Source: Massilia aerilata
GTDB lineage: Bacteria; Pseudomonadota; Gammaproteobacteria; Burkholderiales; Burkholderiaceae_D
NCBI RefSeq assembly: GCF_042656905.1
Contig: NZ_JBHSMZ010000004.1
Coordinates: forward strand, 570,221 to 594,220
Length of the DNA: 24,000 nt
Direction of reading: 5' to 3'
How positions within the stretch are numbered: position 1 is the first letter of the stretch; each line of letters opens with the position of its first letter. Under the pieces are notes generated by a model. The model made no database searches. It saw only the letters and a list, made by a program, of their open reading frames with translations, and was not told the DNA's origin. Below, piece by piece: positions 14,704 through 22,275 of this stretch. A program made the position numbers and the translations under genes.

Positions 14704-15714
14704 ATGCTAAGGTGGCGCCTTCCCCCATCAACCGAGTTTCCGCAGCGCGCAGTGAGCAGCTTTTCCGCCCCCATACCGACCCCGGCCGCCTCCTATGTCG
14801 GCCGCTTCGCCCCATCCCCGACCGGCCCGCTGCACGCCGGCTCGCTGGTGGCGGCCCTGGCCAGCTACCTGGACGCGCGCGCCAACGGCGGCGCCTGGCT
14901 GATCCGCATCGAAGACATCGACGAGGGCCGCGCCGTGCCGGGCGCCGCCGGCACCATCCTCGAGCAGCTGGACTGGCTGGGCATGCATTCGGACGGCGAG
15001 ATCGTCTGGCAGAGCCGGCGCAAGGACCTTTACCAGGCCGCGCGCGAGCGCATCGCCGACTGGGTCTACGGATGCGGCTGCAACCGCCGGGAGATCGCCG
15101 ATTCGCGCCTGGGCGTGGGGCCGGACGGCGCGGCCATCTATCCGGGCACCTGCCGCCATGGCCTGGCGCCGGGACGCGAGGCGCGCAGCCTGCGCCTGCG
15201 GGTGCCGGAATCGGGCGACGACGCGGTCGGCTTCACCGACCGTTTCGCGGGTTGGCAGGAACAGCGGCTGGCGCTGGAATCGGGCGATTTCGTGCTCAAG
15301 CGGGCGGACGGCTACTGGGCCTACCAGCTGGCGGTGGTCGTCGACGATGCGGAGCAGGGCGTCACCGACGTCGTGCGCGGCGCCGACCTGCTCGATTCGA
15401 CCCCGCGCCAGATCTACCTGCAGCGCCTGCTCGGCGTGCCGACGCCGCGCTACCTGCACGTGCCGGTGGTGCGCAACGCCAACGGCGAAAAGCTGTCCAA
15501 GCAGACCGGGGCGCTGGCCATCTCGCCCGGTCCGCAAGGACGCGATGAAGAGGCCGCCGTCGCGGCCCTGCAACAGGCGGCTGGTTTCCTGGGACTGCGG
15601 CTGGCCTCGCCGGCCCCGTCCATCCGCTCGCTGGCCGCGTTCTGGCAGGAGGCGGTCCCGGCCTGGGCCAGCCTGCTCGCCGAACGCGGCGCCCAGCTAA
15701 GGCTCCCGGACTAG
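14704..15714 (+). CDS. gluQ: Glutamyl-Q tRNA(Asp) synthetase (truncated GluRS paralogue)
   Basis: [16 protein letters not shown] (HIGH-like), [24 protein letters not shown] and KLSKQ (KMSKS-like) motifs, with no anticodon-binding domain. The start is uncertain: ATG at 14704 is preferred, GTG at 14752 is possible, and the track start at 14629 falls in AT-rich intergenic DNA. Confidence 0.85.
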   Translation: MLRWRLPPSTEFPQRAVSSFSAPIPTPAASYVGRFAPSPTGPLHAGSLVAALASYLDARANGGAWLIRIEDIDEGRAVPGAAGTILEQLDWLGMHSDGEIVWQSRRKDLYQAARERIADWVYGCGCNRREIADSRLGVGPDGAAIYPGTCRHGLAPGREARSLRLRVPESGDDAVGFTDRFAGWQEQRLALESGDFVLKRADGYWAYQLAVVVDDAEQGVTDVVRGADLLDSTPRQIYLQRLLGVPTPRYLHVPVVRNANGEKLSKQTGALAISPGPQGRDEEAAVAALQQAAGFLGLRLASPAPSIRSLAAFWQEAVPAWASLLAERGAQLRLPD

Positions 15715-16316
15715 CGCTGCCAGCTGGCCTCCCAGCGCCGCCGCCGGCCTACCCACCACAGCGCGCCCAGGCCGCCCGCCAGCATCGCCCACTCGGACGG
15801 TTCCGGGATCGGCGCGGCCACGATGAAGCCGCGGATCTCGCCTTCCGGATAAGCACTGGTATGGATGTTGACGTAGGCCTCGTTGGCATTGAGGCCGCTC
15901 ACGAAGGCCGAGGCCGCGCCCTTCACCGTGCCGCCGTTGGCCGCCAGGAAGGCCGGGTCATAGGTGGCTTCCTCGTACAGCGGCAGGGTCGCCGAGAAGG
16001 TGCCGGACTTCACGCCGGTCGGGAAGTCGGCGAAGGGGATCGCGACGCCCGAGGTGCCGGTGAAGGCGTCGGTGGTGCAGCAGTGGATGTGGGCTTCAAG
16101 CGAGGTGCCCACCAGGTCGGTGAAGGGCATGTCGACCGTCATGTTGCTGGTGCCGGGATCGAACCTGAGCTCGATCGCCGCCATGCCGGAACCCGGCGAG
16201 CCGTTGGGCGGGCTTTCGGCCGGGCCGCTGGCGATGGCCCGGTAGGTCTGGGCGAAGGCCGGGCTGGCCAGGCCCGCCGCCGCTGCCAGTGCTAGAACGG
16301 ACAGAACTTGTTTCAT
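15711..16316 (-). CDS. CHRD-domain protein with signal peptide and C-terminal PEP-CTERM sorting signal
   Basis: Signal peptide [26 protein letters not shown]-like features are EAHIHCC...GVAIPF... and [19 protein letters not shown]. The C-terminus [26 protein letters not shown] has the PEP motif, a TM helix and an Arg cluster. Confidence 0.8.
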   Translation of the reverse strand: MKQVLSVLALAAAAGLASPAFAQTYRAIASGPAESPPNGSPGSGMAAIELRFDPGTSNMTVDMPFTDLVGTSLEAHIHCCTTDAFTGTSGVAIPFADFPTGVKSGTFSATLPLYEEATYDPAFLAANGGTVKGAASAFVSGLNANEAYVNIHTSAYPEGEIRGFIVAAPIPEPSEWAMLAGGLGALWWVGRRRRWEASWQR

Positions 16317-16467
16317 GGAATACCTCCTGTTGAACAGAGTCTCTGCAACGCACCCGTCCTGGGTGCTGACAAAAACTTAGCACCGGCAGCCAGGCCGGAC
16401 TCGCACCGTACGGCTGAGATAGTGCCTATGAGCGACTAACTTTTGGAAAGATTGGCATAATATCCAA

Positions 16468-17451
16468 ATGACCCGTGATTCAGTAAATACACGATACAAA
16501 TTTCTAGCCCTGCCGCTCGTTTTCGTATCATGTCTGGCCCAGGCCCAGGATGCGTCCCTGCTGGCGGGCGGCATGCGGCTCGACCAGGACAAGGACGACA
16601 CTTCGTTCGCCGTGGCGCTCGGCTATACCCACCACATCAACAAATACGTCTCGGTCAGCGCCGACTACCTGAACGAAGGCCACCCAAGGCAGCACCACCG
16701 CGACGGCCTCGGGTCCCAGCTCTGGCTCCACACGGCCTTCCCCACGCGCGGCTGGTCGGTCGCGGCCGGTTTCGGCCCCTACTATTACTTCGACACCAAC
16801 ACCGGCAACGGCACCCTGGCCGACTACCGCAACGACCACGGCTGGGGCCAGCTGATGAGCGTGAGCCTCAAGTACCACCTGGCCTCGAGCGCCTACCTCG
16901 AGACACGCCTGTCGCACACCCACGGCATCACCAGCCACGACACCACCATGCTGCTGTTCGGCGCCGGCTACGAGCTGCGCAATCTGCCGCGCGGGATCCG
17001 CCTGCAGAACGCGGAGCGGGGCGACAAGCTGCTCATGCTGCTGGCCGGCCGCTCGATCGTGAACAGCCTGGCCTCCGAGACCGCGGCCTCCTACGGTCTC
17101 GAATACCGCCGCACGGTGAATCCGAACGTCGAGTGGAGCGTGATCCTGATGAGCGAAGGGAAGGTCGATGCGGCCGAGCGCAAGGGCGTCAGCGGCCAGG
17201 TCTGGCTGCTGCGCCCCTTCACCGAACGCACCGTGCTGGAAATGGGCTTCGGCGCCTACGCCATGCGCGACCAGCTCGACCGCAAGGATCCCAAGGCCGA
17301 ACGCGAAAACCACGTCGCGCCGATCGCCTCGATCGGCATGCGCTACCGGATCAGCGACAGCCTGCGCGCCCAGCTCACCTGGAGCCGGGTGATCACCAGC
17401 TACGAGCGCGATTCGGACGTGTTCATGCTCGGCGCCGGCGTCGCCTTCTAG
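16468..17451 (+). CDS. Outer-membrane beta-barrel protein with internal duplication (hypothetical)
   Basis: Signal peptide ...FVSCLAQA-QD, alternating hydrophobic beta-strand patterning and a C-terminal ...MLGAGVAF (terminal Phe). The two ~150-aa halves are visibly related: ...LLFGAGYEL ends half 1 and ...FMLGAGVAF ends half 2. Confidence 0.6.
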   Translation: MTRDSVNTRYKFLALPLVFVSCLAQAQDASLLAGGMRLDQDKDDTSFAVALGYTHHINKYVSVSADYLNEGHPRQHHRDGLGSQLWLHTAFPTRGWSVAAGFGPYYYFDTNTGNGTLADYRNDHGWGQLMSVSLKYHLASSAYLETRLSHTHGITSHDTTMLLFGAGYELRNLPRGIRLQNAERGDKLLMLLAGRSIVNSLASETAASYGLEYRRTVNPNVEWSVILMSEGKVDAAERKGVSGQVWLLRPFTERTVLEMGFGAYAMRDQLDRKDPKAERENHVAPIASIGMRYRISDSLRAQLTWSRVITSYERDSDVFMLGAGVAF

Positions 17452-17470
17452 CGCGTCCTGGCGGCTTCGC

Positions 17471-17944
17471 TCAGTCGCCCGCCCTGGGCCGCTTCATGAT
17501 CGTGATGCCGCCATCGGCTTCGAGGAAGGCGCACTGCATTTCGTGGCGCGCGCAGCCGGATTCGCGCAAGGCCTGCTCGAGGTCGATCTGGCCGATGCGG
17601 TTGCGGCGGACGACCTTGTCGAAGAAGACGCCGTCGCGTCCGATCAGCACGGGTTCGCCCTCGACCATCGCTTCCACCTTGCGGCTGCGCGCCGACAGCA
17701 AGCCGATGCCGCCGTTCAGCACGATCAGCGTCCCCGCGATGATCAGGCCGCCGCTGACGGAATTGTCGCCGCCGGATAGGCCGTTCGATACCGATTCCGA
17801 GAGCAGCATGACGACCAATAAGTCGAACGGCGTCAGCTGGCTGATCGTACGCCGGCCCGACAGGCGCACCATGACCAGCAGCGCAAGATAGATCATCGCG
17901 CCGCGGGCCATGAATTCCCACCAGGGAAGATCCATATCGAACAT
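17471..17944 (-). CDS. DUF421 (YetF-like) membrane protein
   Basis: 157 aa. The layout ...IYLALLVMVRLSGRRTISQLTPFDLLVVMLLSE... and ...LIGRDGVFFDKVVRRNRIGQIDLEQALRESG... is typical of DUF421. Confidence 0.7.
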   Translation of the reverse strand: MFDMDLPWWEFMARGAMIYLALLVMVRLSGRRTISQLTPFDLLVVMLLSESVSNGLSGGDNSVSGGLIIAGTLIVLNGGIGLLSARSRKVEAMVEGEPVLIGRDGVFFDKVVRRNRIGQIDLEQALRESGCARHEMQCAFLEADGGITIMKRPRAGD

Positions 17945-18011
17945 GATGGCCTCTCGTGGAGTGCTTACGGATGAGAGGATTGTAGTGACAGCGGGCGGGT
18001 TTGATTGTTCG

Positions 18012-18704
18012 CTAGGGAACGTAGCGGGCGTCAGGCGTCACCACCCGCACCACCGTCTCGCAATAATCCCGGAAGCCCATGCGCAAATAAAGTCCATGCG
18101 CCGCCTCGTTCGCCCGCATCACGTGCAGGAAGGGCGTCTCGCCGCGCAGCAGCTGGCGCCGGATCAGCTTCAGCATCAGGCGGCGCGCGTAGCCGCGGCC
18201 CTGGTGGTCCGGATGCGTGCAGACGCCGCTGATCTCGTGCAGCCCGGGTGCGGCCATGCGCTCGCCGGCCATCGCGACCAGCCGGTCGCCCTCGAAATAG
18301 CCGAAGTATTCGCCCAGTTCGATGGTGCGCGGCCCGAAGGGTCCGGGCCTGGTCAGCAGGGCCAGCGCCAGGGCCTGCCCGGCATGGCTTGCGTCGAGCT
18401 GGATCGCGTCGGGCGCTTCGTCGCGTTCGGGCATGAGGCCATCCCAGATCATCCGGACCATGGTCGATTCGGCTTCGATGCGCCAGCCGGCCGGCGCGGG
18501 GCCGGACCAGGCGTCGCAGTAAAAGCGCTCGCCGGGTTCGCAGAAGGGCAGCAGGGCCGCGAAGTCGGGCCGCTGCGGGTCGGGAAAGCCGACGATGGGC
18601 GAGAAGCCGGGGGCGTAGCGCCGTGCGGCATCCGTGCCGGTCGCCAGGTGCGCGTGCGTGCCGTTCAGCGTGTTCCAGAAGATGTTGTCGAGCAGGGGGG
18701 CCAT
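18012..18704 (-). CDS. GNAT-family N-acetyltransferase
   Basis: The C-terminal acetyl-CoA motif ISGVCTHPDHQGRGYARRLM fits Q/RxxGxG/A and is followed by ...NEAAHGLYLRMGF. The internal ATG at 18704, 2 nt after the upstream stop, is preferred. The track start at 18908 overlaps two other genes. Confidence 0.75.
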   Translation of the reverse strand: MAPLLDNIFWNTLNGTHAHLATGTDAARRYAPGFSPIVGFPDPQRPDFAALLPFCEPGERFYCDAWSGPAPAGWRIEAESTMVRMIWDGLMPERDEAPDAIQLDASHAGQALALALLTRPGPFGPRTIELGEYFGYFEGDRLVAMAGERMAAPGLHEISGVCTHPDHQGRGYARRLMLKLIRRQLLRGETPFLHVMRANEAAHGLYLRMGFRDYCETVVRVVTPDARYVP

Positions 18705-18706
18705 GC

Positions 18707-18892
18707 TCAAGCCTCTTCCCCGGGATGGCGCGCCAGCCAGGCGGCCAGCGCCGTTTCGTAGTTCTCCCGCGCGATCTGGTAGGCGTCGAACACGCACATC
18801 ACGCAGCCGGTGCCGCAGCAGTCCTCGAGTTCCGGTTCCCTGGGCGGCAGCGGACGCGGATCGGGGTCCGCGGGCGCGATCGGCTCGCTCAC
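18707..18892 (-). CDS. Small oxidoreductase-like-domain protein (CCGxGCxxCV motif)
   Basis: 61 aa. EDCCGTGCVMCVFDAYQ matches the motif of the 'Oxidored-like' small-protein family as I remember it. The GTG start overlaps the blaI-like stop (GTGA at 18889-18892). Confidence 0.55.
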   Translation of the reverse strand: MSEPIAPADPDPRPLPPREPELEDCCGTGCVMCVFDAYQIARENYETALAAWLARHPGEEA

Positions 18893-19287
18893 GGGTCTTT
18901 CCTGTCATTCAGGATGGCCTGGATCTCCTCGCGCTCCTTCTTGCTGACGTGGCCGCGCAGGGCGGCCAGCACCAGCGCCTTGCCGGAGCCGGAAAAAGCC
19001 TTGGTAATCAGTTCGCTGACCAGGCTCGTTTGCAGGGCGTCCTGCGGCTGGGCCGGCGCGTAGACGTGGGCGCGCTGGGACTCGTCGCGCAGCAGCAGGC
19101 CCTTGGCATGCATCAGCTGCAGCAGGCGCAGCACGGTGGCCGCCGTCAGGTCGGGACGGTCGCCTGCCACCGCCTCGTGCACCTGCCTGGCGGTGGCGGC
19201 GCCGAGCTGCCACAGGACGCGCAGCAGCTCCAGTTCGGACGGGGTCGGTTTGGGGGGAGAAGCGGGATGCGGCATGCGTTGCAGCAT
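18889..19287 (-). CDS. BlaI/MecI/CopY-family transcriptional repressor
   Basis: 132 aa. Winged helix PSELELLRVLWQLGAATARQVHEAV....TAATVLRLLQLMHAKGLLLRDESQRAHVYAP, then a C-terminal dimerisation helix region. There is no CopY-type CxCx4CxC tail. The start is at ATG 19287, and the longer track ORF is an artefact. Confidence 0.8.
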   Translation of the reverse strand: MLQRMPHPASPPKPTPSELELLRVLWQLGAATARQVHEAVAGDRPDLTAATVLRLLQLMHAKGLLLRDESQRAHVYAPAQPQDALQTSLVSELITKAFSGSGKALVLAALRGHVSKKEREEIQAILNDRKDP

Positions 19288-19307
19288 ACCGTCTCCCGCC
19301 TGGAATG

Positions 19308-19769
19308 TCACTCCGTCAGCTGGTACTCGCGCAGCGCGAACACCATTTTGCCGCCCTGTTTCCGGCAGACGCCGCTCATGGTTTCGCCCGGACGCAGGGT
19401 GAACATCATGCGCGTGCCCGGCTTCCTGGCGGCGCAGTCGGCGTGGGCGCTGTCCGGCACCGGTGGCACTTTCGGCGGCGGCGGCGGGGCCGGCGGCGCC
19501 GGGATGTCCGGCATGGCAGGCATGGCGGGCATGGCGGGCATCGGGGCTTCGGCCGCCGAGTAAGCCGTCGCGCCGTCGGGTGCGGGCGGTGCCGGCGGCG
19601 CGGGCGGGGCCGGCGGTGCGGGTGGACGCGGCGGCTTCGGCGGCTTGGGCGGCGGCGGGCACCTGGCGTCCTTGTCGCTGCAGTCGACGTAGACGTGGAC
19701 GTCGGCCAGGCTGGCGCCGGCGGCGCTCGACAGCAGGGCAAACATCAGGATGGCGGCGCTGGTTTTCAT
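19308..19769 (-). CDS. Secreted proline-rich protein with a Met-x2-Met repeat and four Cys (hypothetical)
   Basis: Signal peptide MKTSAAILMFALLSSAAGASLA preceded by a GAGGAG SD. It has a (PPx)n tract, PMPAMPAMPAMPD, and a ~50-aa C-terminal domain ...RMMFTLRPGETMSGVCRKQGGKMVFALREYQL. The start at ATG 19769 is preferred over 19796. Confidence 0.65.
   Translation of the reverse strand: MKTSAAILMFALLSSAAGASLADVHVYVDCSDKDARCPPPPKPPKPPRPPAPPAPPAPPAPPAPDGATAYSAAEAPMPAMPAMPAMPDIPAPPAPPPPPKVPPVPDSAHADCAARKPGTRMMFTLRPGETMSGVCRKQGGKMVFALREYQLTE
19501..19545. repeat. About 4-5 tandem 9-bp units (GGCATGGCR) encoding P-A-M repeats
   Basis: Read directly: gggatgtcc ggcatggca ggcatggcg ggcatggcg ggcatcggg. 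Confidence 0.7.
19581..19661. repeat. Nine degenerate tandem 9-bp units (NNSSGGYGG) encoding the (PPx)n tract
   Basis: Read directly: tgcgggcgg tgccggcgg cgcgggcgg ggccggcgg tgcgggtgg acgcggcgg cttcggcgg cttgggcgg cggcgggca. Confidence 0.6.
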
Positions 19770-19815
19770 CGTGTTCTCCTCGGGTTGGATGGACACATGA
19801 TGTCGCCCGAATGTG

Positions 19816-19853
19816 GAGAAAAAATGAAGATTTGTGCGCGCCAGTCACAAATC
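19816..19853 (-). terminator. Hairpin GATTTGTG-N9-CACAAATC followed by TTCATTTTTT on the minus strand, just after the response-regulator stop; terminator and/or operator
   Basis: The 8-bp perfect inverted repeat was read directly at 19829-19853, with a T-run at 19816-19828 (minus sense). The stem is AT-rich, so termination may be weak. Confidence 0.35.
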
Positions 19854-19858
19854 GCGCA

Positions 19859-20533
19859 TCACAGGTCGAATCTGTAGCCCAGGCCGTAGATCGAATGGAT
19901 GGCCTCCACGCCCGGCAGCACCGCATCCAGCTTGCGCCGCAGGTTCTTCACGTGGCTGTCGATGGCGCGGTCCGCCACCTCGAGGTTGGCGTTGCCCTCG
20001 CGCGCGGCGTCGAGCAGCTGGGCGCGCGAAAACACCTGGCCGGGCCGGCGCGCCAGTGCCGCGAGGATGCCGTATTCGGTCGGCGTCAGCTCCAGCGGAC
20101 GGCCGTGGATGCGCACCCGGCGCGCGGCGGCGTCGACCTCGATGCGCGGCGCGGCGGGCATGGACCCCTGTCCCGCGCGCCGCAGAATCGCCTTGATGCG
20201 CGCCATCAGCTCGCGCGGGCTGAAGGGCTTGCACAGGTAGTCGTCGGCCCCGGCTTCGAGGCCGAGCAGGCGGTCGATCTCCTCGACGCGGGCGGTCACC
20301 ATCACGACCGGCACTTGCGAAAACTGGCGGGCTGCGCGGCATACCGACAAACCGTCCAGCCCGGGCAGCATCAGGTCCAGCACCACCAGCGCCGGCGGCT
20401 GGCGCCGGATCGCGTCCAGGGCCAGGGCGCCGTCGCCGAACACGGTGGCGTGGTAGCCGGCGGCGCGGGCATAGTCGGCCACCAGCGCGGCCAGTTCGGG
20501 TTCATCCTCGACGATGAAGATCTCGGTGCTCAT
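19859..20533 (-). CDS. OmpR/PhoB-family response regulator, BaeR-like
   Basis: 224 aa. The receiver has IFIVEDE, VVLDLMLPGLDG and CKPFSP. The winged-helix output has LTPTEYGILAAL ... SHVKNLRRKL ... IYGLGYRF. Its ATG overlaps the kinase stop (ATGA at 20530-20533). Confidence 0.9.
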   Translation of the reverse strand: MSTEIFIVEDEPELAALVADYARAAGYHATVFGDGALALDAIRRQPPALVVLDLMLPGLDGLSVCRAARQFSQVPVVMVTARVEEIDRLLGLEAGADDYLCKPFSPRELMARIKAILRRAGQGSMPAAPRIEVDAAARRVRIHGRPLELTPTEYGILAALARRPGQVFSRAQLLDAAREGNANLEVADRAIDSHVKNLRRKLDAVLPGVEAIHSIYGLGYRFDL

Positions 20534-22170
20534 GCGCGTTCGCTTGACGGGATCGAAATGGTGGCGCGCAGGCCGCCGAGCGGCGAATGCGCGAAGTTCA
20601 ACGACGCGCCTTGCGCCTCGAGCAGGCGGCGGCACAGGGCGAGCCCCAGGCCGGCGCCGCCATGCGCGCGGCTGCGCGAGGTGTCGACGCGGTAGAAACG
20701 CTGCGCCAGGCGCTCGAGCGCGTCGTCCGGCACGCCGGGCGCGCTGTCGTCCAGGTGCAGATGCAGCGCAGCGCCTTCCAGCGCCGCACCGAGAACAACC
20801 CGGCCGCCGGCCGAGGTATAACGCAGGCTGTTCTCGAGCAGGTTGTCGAGCACCTGGCGCATGCGGTCCGGATCGGCCATGACCGTCGAACGCGGCGGGG
20901 CGGGGCCGATGTCGAGCTGGAGGCCCGCCGCCTGCAGGCGCGCTTCGAAGGCGCGGGCCTGCTTGCTGGCCAGCTGCCACAGGTCGAGGCGTTCCGGCTT
21001 GACGTCGAGGGCGCCGACGTCGGCCCGCGCCAGCGCGTACAGCTCGTCGATCAGCTTGTTCAGGGCCAGCACCTGGCGCAGCATGGCGTCGACCGTGTCC
21101 GGGCCGGCGCTGCGCACGCCATCCTGGATCGCCTCGAGCTGGGCGCGCAGCACGGCCAGCGGGGTGCGCAGCTCGTGCGAGGTGTCGGCCACCCACTGGC
21201 GGCGCGCGCTCTCCGCGCTGCCGAGGCGCTGGGCCAGGGTGTTGAAGTGGCGCGCCAGCTCACCCAGTTCGTCGCTGCGCGAGGCGGGCAGGCGCACGTC
21301 GAAGCGGCCCTCGGCCAGCATGCCGGCGCCGCCCGCCAGCGCCTGGATCGGCCGGCGGAAGTGGCGCGCCAGCAGGGTCGCGGCCAGCGCCGAGAAGGCC
21401 ACCGCAAAGGCCAGGATCCACCACAGGCTGGCGCGCAGCTGCTCGAGGAAGGCCAGCGCCATGGCGTCGCTCGGCCGCGGGCTGCGCGCCACGCCGAGGT
21501 AGCCGACGGTGCGGCCATTTACCTCGATCGGCCGGCGCGCCAGCGGGATCGCGTCCGGCCTGCGCCCGGCCAGGTAACGGCCCGCCGGATCCAGCAGGGT
21601 GATGCGCTGGGGCAGGGAGGCATCGGCGCCGGCTTCGGGAGCATTGCCGATGCCGGCGCGGGCATCGACGCGCCGCTCGGGCAGCGGCGGCAGCGCCGGC
21701 GCGGGCGGCTGGGGCGGGGCCGGCGGCTGGACCGGCGCGGCCGGCGGCGCGGGCGCCACCGGGGCCGCCTGCGTAAGCTGCGTATTCGTGGCCGGGGCGG
21801 GCGGCAGGTCGGGAACCGGCACCGCGGCGGCGCGCGACAACGCCTTGACGGCTGCCGCCGAAGGCGCAGGCGGGGTTGCGGACACGGGCAGGGCTTCGTC
21901 CTCGCGCTCGCGCTGCAGGCGTTCCAGCTCGCGCGCGATCCAGCGCCGCCGGCCGTCGCCCTCGGGCAGGAAGCCCCAGCCGCCGTGTCCGCGGTACTGG
22001 CGCGCCAGCGATACCGACAGTTCTTCCAGGCGGTCCAGCTCGATCCCGACGGCATAGTCGCCAAAACCGGCCAGCACGTTCTGGCGCAGCAGATAGACGG
22101 CGCCCGCCGCCACCGCGAGGATCGCGAGCAGGACCGAGATGAACAGGCGGTGACCGATGGAGATTTTCAA
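20530..22170 (-). CDS. Sensor histidine kinase, BaeS-like, with a Pro/Ala-rich insertion in the periplasmic domain
   Basis: 546 aa. It is collinear with E. coli BaeS from memory: MK.....LF..., HAMP, H-box ADTSHELRTPLAVLRAQLEAIQDGVR, N-box LDNLLENSLRYT, DDSAPGV and GGAGLGLA. TTG start at 22170. Confidence 0.9.
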   Translation of the reverse strand: MKISIGHRLFISVLLAILAVAAGAVYLLRQNVLAGFGDYAVGIELDRLEELSVSLARQYRGHGGWGFLPEGDGRRRWIARELERLQREREDEALPVSATPPAPSAAAVKALSRAAAVPVPDLPPAPATNTQLTQAAPVAPAPPAAPVQPPAPPQPPAPALPPLPERRVDARAGIGNAPEAGADASLPQRITLLDPAGRYLAGRRPDAIPLARRPIEVNGRTVGYLGVARSPRPSDAMALAFLEQLRASLWWILAFAVAFSALAATLLARHFRRPIQALAGGAGMLAEGRFDVRLPASRSDELGELARHFNTLAQRLGSAESARRQWVADTSHELRTPLAVLRAQLEAIQDGVRSAGPDTVDAMLRQVLALNKLIDELYALARADVGALDVKPERLDLWQLASKQARAFEARLQAAGLQLDIGPAPPRSTVMADPDRMRQVLDNLLENSLRYTSAGGRVVLGAALEGAALHLHLDDSAPGVPDDALERLAQRFYRVDTSRSRAHGGAGLGLALCRRLLEAQGASLNFAHSPLGGLRATISIPSSERA

Positions 22171-22275
22171 GGCGGTATAAAAAGTGAGCGGCGAGCCATT
22201 CTAGGGCAAGTTTCGATTGACGGTCCAACAAGCCATGATTAGCATCAGCCGGGTTCATCCATCGGAGATCCGCCC

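Noticed and set aside
15711-15714. The convergent gluQ and CHRD genes share overlapping stop codons (CTAG read on both strands).
   Set aside because: The overlap is real but is a trivial consequence of compact gene packing. TAG is its own partial reverse complement in CTAG, so no functional claim is warranted.
20587-22242. 551-aa plus-strand ORF opposite the BaeS-like kinase, together with 21260-22258 and other alternate frames.
   Set aside because: They are antisense or alternate frames. Kinase H/N/G boxes are found only in the 20530-22170 minus frame.
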